Positions 1 through 9,594 of a stretch of DNA of 64,000 nucleotides are shown here, piece after piece. Origin of the DNA: Vitrella brassicaformis CCMP3155 (taxonomy: Eukaryota; Protista; Chromerida); the NCBI GenBank assembly GCA_001179505.1, contig CDMY01000635.1:1-64000 (forward strand), given 5' to 3'. A model generated the notes under the pieces. That model made no database searches. It was given only the letters and a program-made list of their open reading frames with translations, and was not told the DNA's origin. Positions within the stretch are counted from its first letter, which is position 1. Every line of letters begins with the position of its first letter. The translations under genes and the position numbers were made by a program.

Positions 1-382
1 CATGTGTCTGTCACGTGTGCACATCTGTGAGTGTTCGCGTGTGTGTACCTGAATGAACAAACATGCCGGGCGGGGCAGCAAACACACCACACCACACACA
101 GCGGCCTTCCCGCAACCTGAAGCAGCCAACCGACCAAAGACATCCGTGCATTGCATGTGTGTGTGCGCCAAGTGCATGTCCGTCCGTACAGCCCTGCCCT
201 GCGTACCGGTCGGTGGAGCGGTGCTTGGAGGGGGGAGGGAAGAAGTGCCTATCATTTCCTTTTTGGTATTGCCTTCTTGTGGGCCTCTCTTTTCCCTCTC
301 TCGGCCTTCTTCAGGGGGCCTTTGGCTTTGCTTTCCTTCTCTCTTCGTCCCTCCCCTTGTCTGTCGGGCAGCCAGCCACCGA

Positions 383-984
383 GTAAAAACTGACTAGATG
401 ACGTCAGAAATGACAGTAAAAATGACTAAAGAATGCAATGCCGCACACAGACAGGCCAGACGAACGAAATCGAGAGGGACAGGCAGGCGAAAACGAAACC
501 CATCGGCCATGCGGACACGTGTGTGAGTGTGAGGGGCAGAGCCGTCATCAGCCAGGCCATGAAGGGGGAAAGGGACACACATGCACGCAGCCATCACAAA
601 GATTTTCGAAGGGCAGCACGGCCAGACAGCCGGCCATGGGCCCCTCCTTTTCTTGTCTTTTTTTGCGGCGGCCAGACGCACGCAGTAAGCATTAGGGTAC
701 ACGAGGCCCCTCACACAAACACACCCACGCCAGCCAGACGACACAGAGACAGACAAATGAATGGGATGCACACACACCGCTGCAGGCCGGGCACCGCTCT
801 CCTTTCCCGCACTTAAGTGGTGCCGGTATGTGCGTGTACACACGACCGGACACACACGCGTCCCCGGCACTAAAACCTATCTGCCGCCACACACACCGCC
901 CTCCCACTCACCCCACCCCCTCCCTCAGACACACACAACCCCGCCCCACAACACGCATAAATGACGGTAAAAACTGACTAAAGA
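383..984 (+). repeat. Short imperfect direct repeat TGAC(A/G)GTAAAAA(C)TGACTA(AAGA), 3 copies
   Basis: GTAAAAACTGACTA at 383-396; ATGACAGTAAAAATGACTAAAGA at 410-432; ATGACGGTAAAAACTGACTAAAGA at 961-984. All lie in otherwise microsatellite-rich non-coding DNA. Confidence 0.7.
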
Positions 985-1609
985 GTGACACACATGGGGA
1001 ACGGCAGCAGGCAGGCAGAGGTGGATAGATAGATGGACGGATGGATGGATGGATGGACGTGTGGCGCATCACGACGACACCTCTCTCTCTCTCCTTGCTC
1101 ACACGCACCCACCACACGTGGCGACGCACTCAAACACATCCACACATCAATGCATTGCAATGCATCCACACGGCCCGTCCGTTGGGCAACACACTGATGG
1201 GTGGAGGGAGGGAGGGATGGATGGGTGGATGGATAAACACACTGGCTACCGTACAACCATACAGGCACCAAAATCTGCTCTCACATGTGTAAACACATGC
1301 ACCCTCTCTCTCTCTCGGAAGGCGCCGCACACAGACAGACGCACACACACAGCCACACACAGACAACGGCTTGGCCGTAGGTACACATCACGGCACGGCA
1401 GACAGCTGCATGCACCATGCATTCATTACGTTAAAAATTGGGCTCACTCACTCACACACAGATGCACTTCGGTATTCATGGACGGACCAGTGAGTGAGTG
1501 TATGAACATTACTTACAGACGGCACATGTATGACATCACACCGTGCTGGCGAGACTGTACATGCCATAGGCAATGCCCTTACCCCCACATCACACCACAC
1601 AATAATTAA

Positions 1610-2690
1610 TTAATTCGCGGGGGCCGAACCAACTCTCGTGCACCCGACGGCTCCACCTCGTCCTGCTCGTCCAGCAACACAGACGAACGGGCGCGGGGAC
1701 CCTTGGCAGCAGCCGGGGGGTAGCGGCCATAGTGCGGTGACTGGGTGGTACGGCTCCGACGGGCCACGCCGGAGAAGGTCTGGTCTGGACCGGACGGGTG
1801 GCCTCCTCGAGCTCCACACGCGGGGCGGTGGGCGCCGAGATGGCCTCGGTTGGATGGATGATGCGTCTGGTTCGGGTGTGGACTGGATGCTGCCGCGGTG
1901 GTCCTCTATGGGTCGCTCCACCTTCCTCCAGATGCCGATGTCGGGCTGCTCCGCAACGAACGNNNNNNNNNNNNNNNNNNNNNNNNNNNNNNNNNNNNNN
2001 NNNNNNNNNNNNNNNNNNNNNNNNNNNNNNNNNNNNNNNNNNNNNNNNNNNNNNNNNNNNNNNNNNNNNNNNNNNNNNNNNNNNNNNNNNNNNNNNNNNN
2101 NNNNNNNNNNNNNNNNNNNNNNNNNNNNNNNNNNNNNNNNNNNNNNNNNNNNNNNNNNNNNNNNNNNNNNNNNNNNNNNNNNNNNNNNNNNNNNNNNNNN
2201 NNNNNNNNNNNNNNNNNNNNNNNNNNNNNNNNNNNNNNNNNNNNNNNNNNNNNNNNNNNNNNGTGCTGGTGGCTGAGATGGACGAAGGGCAGCGCGTTTC
2301 TGTCGGTTGGCCTCGTTGGATGGATGGTGCCACGCATGTCCATGGTGCCCCTGCATGGACAGCGTCGCCCTCACCGGGCTGCTGCTGCTGGAGTGGTAGG
2401 GCCACCGATCGTGTGGCGGCGGGCATGGCAAAGTCAGGGTCGGTGACCTGCTCCTGGCGCGACGGACGGTGGACGAGGGGAGTCTGTGCGCCAGGGAGGG
2501 GCTCGGTGGTGCTGGGCTTGCCCTTCTCGCGGGGGCCGAACCAACTCTTGTACAGGCGGCGCCGAACCACATGGCGCCTGCTGGTGGGGCCGGGGGCGAG
2601 ACGGTCTCCTCCGGCTGCTGCTCGGGTTTCTGCTCTTCTTCTGTCGATGTCTCTCGCTCGCCCTCCTCCTCAATCACGTCACTGTCTTAC
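1610..2690 (-). pseudogene. Degenerate, internally repeated coding relic with apparent frameshifts, interrupted by an assembly gap
   Basis: GC3-biased codon runs switch frame: IEEEGERETSTEEEQKPEQQPEE...MWFG, then RLYKSWFGPREKGKPSTTEP in another frame. CGCGGGGGCCGAACCAACTCT occurs at ~1616 and ~2528. TGGCCTCG(G)TTGGATGGATG occurs at ~1842 and ~2307. Confidence 0.4.
1963..2262. other. Assembly gap (300 N)
   Basis: Run of N in the sequence. Confidence 1.
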
Positions 2691-2874
2691 GCTGGTGGAT
2701 CACACACACACACACACACACAGCACATGTGTCTTGGTAGACGGTTCGGTTGTCTGTCTGGCTAAGTGTGTGTCTGTGTGTGTGGACGTCCGTACCATCT
2801 ATGCAGAGGGACGGGCTGCTGCTGGGGGCGCGCCTAACAACCCGCCCACCAACAGCCAGCAGCCCGCCCACATA

Positions 2875-3811
2875 TCAGTGGGAGAGGCAGAGGGAGAAGG
2901 GGTCGGGGATGGTGAATCCACAGAGCCCCCACTCCTTCCTCCCCGTCGCCTTCTTGGGCGACTCCCACGCCCTGTGCGCCTCTACCCCGTTGGCAGCCAC
3001 CATGTCGATGGCCTCCCCGACAAACTCCGACAACTCCACCTCCCACTCCCACTGCTTGTGCGCGGCCTCCTCGCCCCTCGCCGCCACCCTGTCGACCGCC
3101 TCGCCCACGTCAGTGGGGAGCGGCTGCTCGTCCCACCCCTCACCCACAACCCACTCACGCTGCCGGTGGTGGCTGCCCGACGACGCCGACGTCCCCACGC
3201 TCGTGGGCGACGAGGGCTCCGCCGCAGTCGTCTTCATCTTGGTCTCGCGGCGCCGTAGCGGCTTCGCCCAGGTGTCATTGTAGATGATGTTGCGGGACAT
3301 CATCTTCGCCGCGTCGCCTGTCTCGTCATTCAGCAACGAATACTGACGGCACACACACAACATGCATCGCATCCACAGTGCCGTGTTTGCGCGATGATGT
3401 TCGTGTGCGTACGTTGTAGGGGCGGCGCAGTCCTTTGTCGATGAGGACGTTTTTGGCCTCGGTGATCTCCAGAAACCGCTTGTTGGCCTCCGCCACGGCC
3501 GCCGCGCCCTTGTGGTGGTGTTTGTCGGGGTGGTACTCCTGCAGGCCAGGCAGTGCAGACATGCAGGCAGACAGCAAAGAGAACCCTCGTGTGCGTGCCG
3601 CCCTTACTGGAACGTGACGTGTGCAGTGTGGCCCTCTTACCACGCTCAGCCTCTTGAAGGCGTTCTTGCAGTCCTCAATCGCCGCGCCCAATGGCAGCCG
3701 CAGCGCCCCATAGTGGTCCTTCAAACCTGACTTGCTCGTGGAGTGGTCCCACCTCTCACGGTACTCACTAGTCACGGGGTCTATCGTGTCAGCAAAAAAC
3801 AGCTTCGGCAT
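2875..3811 (-). CDS. J-domain (DnaJ/Hsp40 type III) protein, 3 exons
   Basis: Exon 1 MPKLFFAD...DHYGALRLPLGAAIEDCKNAFKRLSV (3811-3641) splices in phase to EYHPDKHHHKGAAAVAEANKRFLEITEAKNVL (from 3538). This gives an intact HPD motif with J-domain helices. Exon 3 ends with TGA at 2875. Confidence 0.85.
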
Positions 3812-4229
3812 GATGCCACACGATAGCAGCACCAAAGCGAGCTTCGAGCTACGATCGCAAGCTTTTCTGTTGAAACCGCTGACGCTGCTTTTTTTGGAAA
3901 GGGAGATCTTGCCCTGCAGAAGACGCGAGAACGTTTGATCCCCTGAGCAGGTCCTGCCAGTCGAATCTGCTTGCGTTTTCCGTCCGCTTGCGGCGAGTCT
4001 GCCTGGGAGATGCCGGCAATGTCGCCATCATCAAGCAGCTCACACACGCTGTGACCATGGCTGCCGCGGTCGCTGCTCACCACGAGGGATAGGCAGGGAA
4101 CACACGACACTCGTGTTCTCGCAGAGATGACACGAATGGCTCAGCTTGTGTGTGTGTTCCATTTGTGTGTCTTCCAGGTGCGTGCACATCGTGACGTGAA
4201 GAGCCTCTCCTTGGTTTTTTGAATGGACG

Positions 4230-4655
4230 TATTTGTGATAAGCCGTTGCTGCCCGCCAGGTAGATAAATGCACACACCGCCATTCAACCATCCATCCATC
4301 CATCCACCTGGACAAGCTGATTCGTATCTACGGTGGCGACACGTGGAGGGCCTTTATGGACCACCCCACCCTCTTCCTCTTCGTGCGCGACAAGACACAT
4401 ATCAACAGGTGAGCGAGTGGGTGGGCGCAGCATACCCCCATCCCTCTGTGAGTGTGTCTGAACACACATCGATTCACGTGTGTGTGGTTGTGTGGCAGGT
4501 GGCTGGACGGGACGGCCTTCGTGGGGTTGTGTCTGTCGTGTGTGGTGCTGTGGTACGGCGGGGCCAACCTGTGTGTGCTGTTCGCCATGTTGGCGTCGGC
4601 CAGCGGTTTTAGTCAGTGTATATGTGGCCGCCTCCCCCTTGCGTGGAGTGAGTAG
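4230..4655 (+). pseudogene. Lipase maturation factor (LMF)-like N-terminal fragment, truncated
   Basis: Spliced LDKLIRIYGGDTWRAFMDHPTLFLFVRDKTHIN|RWLDGTAFVGLCLSCVVLWYGGANLCVLFAML (intron 4409-4498) resembles the LMF segment ...W..F...PTILW...NLD.LA.LGL..S..V...G.AN. It follows ICDKPLLPAR (compare IGDRGLLPCR). Stop at 4655 with no LMF core domain, and no usable AG acceptor before 4308. Confidence 0.5.
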
Positions 4656-7600
4656 CAGAAATGGTGGTGGGTAGGGGTAGCAATCAACATCCAGGTGTTC
4701 GCTGTCGAGGTGACAGGTGACGACACCGTTGGCTTTTTGCAGCGCTTGCAGGTGTGTGTGTAGTGTTTGAGTGAGGTGTCGAGTAGCTCTACATGGTGAC
4801 CGGTCAATTCCCTGCCCGTCTCTATATGGGCCAGCAGGTGTGTATTGGTCTGCCCGGGGGTCTGCTGGTTCCATTCCCCTGTCTCATCTGGCTTGTTTGA
4901 TTGCAAGACATGCTCGTGTTTGTACACACCCTCATTTCCATGACAGAGAGCGTGTGTGAGGGTGTGTATAGAAATGAATGACATACAAGAGTCGTTCGAG
5001 TCCGTAGGCAGCCACGCCAAACAAACCGTCAGCCAGTCCATCTCATCACACAGACATCCGTCCGGCTGGCACACAGACACACAATGGAATCCTTGCCGTG
5101 TCTCGTCTTGCCTTCCCGGCCAGTCAAGCGAAAAGCAAAAAGGAGGCCGTGCCGTGAGTGAGCCAGTGAGCCGACCAGCCGGCAGACAGACGAAAAATAC
5201 ACGAACCGACACAGCCCACTAAGAATGTATCACCCATCCACCCACCCATCCATCCATCCATCTCCCCTCGACCACATACCCCTCTTTTCTGTGGCGCACA
5301 GGTCACTTTCCTCCTTTCTGCTGCATCTGAAGACAGCTTGAGAACACCGTCGTGGCCCATGAGGCTGTCCGTGTCGGTGCAGCAGATGCCCGATGAGTCG
5401 ACGGCAACTGCACCGCAGGCCTGCAGCCAACACACCCACACCACAACACAACGGCATGCGTACAGCGTCTTGCACCGATTCGCTCTCTGCCTTACGTACA
5501 CGGGCATCTCAGCGGACTAACACCAACCGAAGCAGAGACAGAGGAAGGAAATATGCATCCTTTTCCGTTCGTTCCCCCTCGTTGTTTTCTCTTACCTCAT
5601 CGTCGATGTCGTCCTCACCGTCGTCGCCCATGGGCTGCTGTGTTGCGTCGTCAAATAGCTGGTGCACTGAGGCCTGCATGACGGCGGAGAGAGACACAAC
5701 ACACAGAGGTCGATCGCATCAATCCATCCACCCATGCCCATCCTCGCTTGTATCGTTCCTGAGTATAGAGGAGCTGTGGCTGTGAGCTATTGTTGACGGG
5801 CGGCTGCTGCATGACACATTGGATGATGGATAGAGTCTGGCTCGTGAGTGTTCGCGTTCCCTATGGCTACTCGGAGTACCTGTGGTACAGCTGCGACGAT
5901 GGCTGTGGGATTTAGCTGGTTGATGCGGTAGATCCATGACTGCACCACCCCTCCACCGCCACTGCCAAACCCCGCCATGGCCCCCACCTTGTTCGCCGCC
6001 TCACGGTGTACGTCCAGGTCGTAGTCAGCCTCGCTGCTGAGGCTCGCTGGGGTGATGGCGTTCACGAACGGGTGCAGCAGAAACTGAATGCAGATAGACA
6101 CGCAGCCAACCAGCCATTCAGCCAGCCAGCCAGCGACGTCAAGATACACCCATCGATTGTGCTACAGTATGTGTGGGTGTACATATGTACCTGGGAGGGC
6201 TTCAGGTCATGTTTGGGGGCCAGCAGCAGGGCGGCGATGAGGTGGGTGGCCTCGGGTGAGAGGTGCACTCCAGCGGCGCGACCCTGGTCGTACACGGCAC
6301 CGAAGGGGTCCTCCTGGAAGCGAGACACGACGTGCAGTAGCGCCTAGAAGATTGACAACACACACGCATGCAACTCACACGTATGCATGTCTTGTTGATT
6401 GTGTAGTCGGTTACATACCTGCCCCTTCACTGCGCTGCTGATGAGGTCGCGACCCGTCAGTATCTCAAACACACTACTTGCTGTGTGAGGGAAAGGTGCG
6501 CATTGAGAGAAAAGCATACGCAAAGAGAAAAACGATGCGCACACATGTGGCTTTCTCTGCGCATGTGTACGTGTGCTGTGGGTCACTCACCGACATCCCG
6601 CATCATGCCGTCTTCTTGGCGGGCGCCCTTGGGCCTCACACAGCGGTCACGCAACTCCTTGTCAATGAACGATAATGGCGGCCTGTCAGACACATACCGC
6701 ACAGACACCAAACATGCATTCATTCGGGTGTTCTGATGGTGCGGCTCGTGTCGTGTGTTTGTGTGTATGTGGTGGCTGACCGTGCCGCCTTTGGTGCGAT
6801 GTCTGCGGGGCTAAACAGGACCTTAGCACCACCGCCACGTAGCAGCTCCGCCGTGTCCACATACACACGATCAGTGGCGAGGTGGGGCCGATGGACCAAA
6901 TCTCTGCATGAATGAATCGCATTGCGTCCAGCATTCATGTGTCCACGTGTGTCCCGTTCCGTACTTGCTGTCGATCTGTGCTGCGCCGAGCAGCATCGAT
7001 CGGGCGAGCGCAGCAGCAGTTTGGTCAGTGCACCGCATGGCCTTGCCACGCCACCGAAACTCCTTCCTGGGCAGCACATCACACCAACACACACATGGCT
7101 GCGGGCGGTATATGGTGCGGTGTGGTGTGGTGCAGTGGGGCTTACGAGAGCCATTCCTTCAGTGTGGGCAGGTGCGGAGATGCGACGAAGGCGTAGAAGG
7201 TGTGGCCGTCAGGGCCCTGCATGTATTGGGGTCAATCAACAGAAATCTTCGGTAGTATTCTGGATGGCGTGTCAAGGTTACGTCCTGGTGGTAGCAGTCT
7301 GCCTTATGGAGGCAGCTCATCTCCTTCTCGAGCTGCTCGTACTTCATCAAAGTCTCACACACCTGGCCAGCCAACACACACACACACACACACACAGAGG
7401 GACACAACACATGCGCCCCCCCTCCCTCCCTCGTCCATTCAGCCGTGCGTACCGATGGTTTCGCCGCCTTGGGGAGCTGCATGCACGTGATGAGGAACGG
7501 CAGTAGCGTCGTCCGCTCTCCGGCCACCACGGTGGTCATGTTGTCCGCGTGGTGAACTACCTTCTCCCCGAACACACCGAACTGCATCAATGTCGCACCG

Positions 7601-8232
7601 ACACACCACGGAAAACCATCCATGGCACGCCATCCCAGCCACATGGATCTTCTTCTCCCCGGCCCTCACCTGGATGTCGAAGCGCTCCGCCAGCGCCACG
7701 GAATACTGGTTCGGCAGGTTGTCGTAGGCGGCCAGGTACGGCACGGCCGAACTGAGCGTCCCTAGGGCCTTCAGGCGCTTCGTGTTCGCATACCGCCCGG
7801 CCGCCTTCTTGTTGGTGGTCAGCACCAGGGGATGGATGGATGGCTGGTGGAAATACAGCCATCTGGCGGACTCCAATAGCGGACTCCACATGGATGGCGC
7901 CCGCATCCGGTCCCCGCTCTCCTTTGCCGCCTTCTTGTAGTCCGCTGCAAATCCAGGTGCGCGGGGGAAGATGGGCACCTGGTTCTCCTGCAGGAGCTGC
8001 TGAGAGGGGCGGACTTATCGATGGACATCTTCGAGCTGAGGTATTTCTGTTCGGCGCTATAGGCCGCCATCCTCTCGGCCCGCACGTTATTTACGAACTT
8101 CGCCGCGCGGGCCGGGCCGGTTTCGCGGATCTCGCTGCGGCGTGTGTCGAACTGCTCACGTGTGCCGGACGGACGGCTATGGTGTCTGGCGTGTGTGAAT
8201 TCGGGGGGACTCAGTGCCAAGCGCACACACAC
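4613..8232 (-). CDS. Multi-exon protein containing a degenerate protein-kinase-like (pseudokinase) domain
   Basis: Spliced subdomains in correct order: G-loop-like MQFGVFGEKVVHHA (~7590-7550); alphaC QLEKEMSCLHK; hinge FYAFVASPHLPTLKEWL; alphaE ALARSMLLGAAQIDSK; catalytic loop DLVHRPHLATDRVYV; alphaF SVFEILTGRD; C-lobe LSPEATHLIAALLLAPKHDLKPSQ|FLLHPFV. Exons chain in phase to at least ~5276. The 5' and 3' ends are uncertain. Confidence 0.65.
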
Positions 8233-9594
8233 CCCCGCAGAACACGCACAGACGCAGGAGGAGGGAGTGGCCTCTCGCCTTACCGTCGGTTATTTGCGTG
8301 AGTGCATGTCCACGACTGGCCGGCGCATCCTCGATGTGGATTCACGTCTGCTGCATGATTTAATCATGCGATGTGGACATGAAGAATGCTCGATGGTTGG
8401 ACGCAGTAAGCAATACTTCAACCACCCCCACCATCTACCAGGGGGGCTGGACGTGATCGACCAATGCATTGGATTGCTGATGGCCAGCCATCAGTGTATC
8501 TGGCTTCAGACTCCTGCTCACAAACTCTGTAGACACTTCTGAGAAGGAAAGATTGTTGAAGCATCCATCGTTGAATTCGTCATGCAGGCAGGCAGGCAGG
8601 CACCACTACACGTCATCGGCATCGCGTCCCCCACACATTGCAGGCCACTGAGGCAACGAAAACTGATCCGCCCCATGTCATGTTTGAACCAATCGCCCTC
8701 TTTATGTGTACCACCAACAGACCGACAGACAGACAGGCGAGAAAAATGGAGGAGTGGCGGTGGGGAGAATCAGATCGTGGGTGATATGGCTGGCTCATGT
8801 CATGCACGGCAGAGGGTGGGCTTGGTGGGGTTGAGTCAGTCTATCCGATAGACAGAGAGCAGGCCTTGCTGACCGACAGATAGGCAAGCAGGCAGGGGAA
8901 AATGTGGGTTGAAGGCGCACTCTCTGGTCGAAAGAACCGACCGTGCCCACCCGTGCATGGCATGAACACGAGCATGCACACGGGCACGCTCCTTCCTTGC
9001 CTGACTGTGGGACGGACGCGACGCCGTGTGAAAAATAGAGAGCAGCACACAGTCATACAGACAGACAGACAGACAGACATAGAGACATGGACATGCACAC
9101 GTCACACAGACAGGGCCCGCAAGCCATCATTGATGGGTCCCTCCCTGCGCCAGTGGGTAAGTGAGAGAGTGAGAGAGCAAGACAGGTCGGCTGTACACGA
9201 GAGGAGGGAGGGGAGCCAGGCAGGTCAGGAGCCAAAACTGTTTGGTGTGTGCCTTGTGTTGTCGTCGACAAACAGCTGTCTCAATCAAAACAGCCACCAC
9301 ACCCACTCTCCCCTCTCCCCTCACTCACACCCGCTCTCCCCTCACTCGCACGCGCACAGTTGTAAAACTGACACAGCCAGCCATCCAGCCATCCAGCCAC
9401 CCCCTGTAGGTATAACGACCGCGCGACTAACAAACGAGCAGTGTGCGCCATAGCGCACACCGTGCAACCAACCAACAGCTTCATGGCTTGCACACACACA
9501 GACAGCCCACTAGTGGTCGAGAAGGCAATGCAGAGAGCAAGCACCAACGCGCAGCTTGACCATGCACGGCCCCGTCCAGCTACGGTGCCGTGGG

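Noticed and set aside
1-1609. Many overlapping ORFs of 65-186 aa
   Set aside because: They are translations of CA/GT/GGAT microsatellite DNA (HTHT, CVCV), with no codon bias or motifs.
1798-3258. 486-aa plus-strand ORF
   Set aside because: It is the antisense shadow of GC-rich minus-strand coding sequence and runs through the N gap.
4613-8232. GCN2 assignment for the pseudokinase gene
   Set aside because: I recognised no RWD domain, no second active kinase and no HisRS-like domain.
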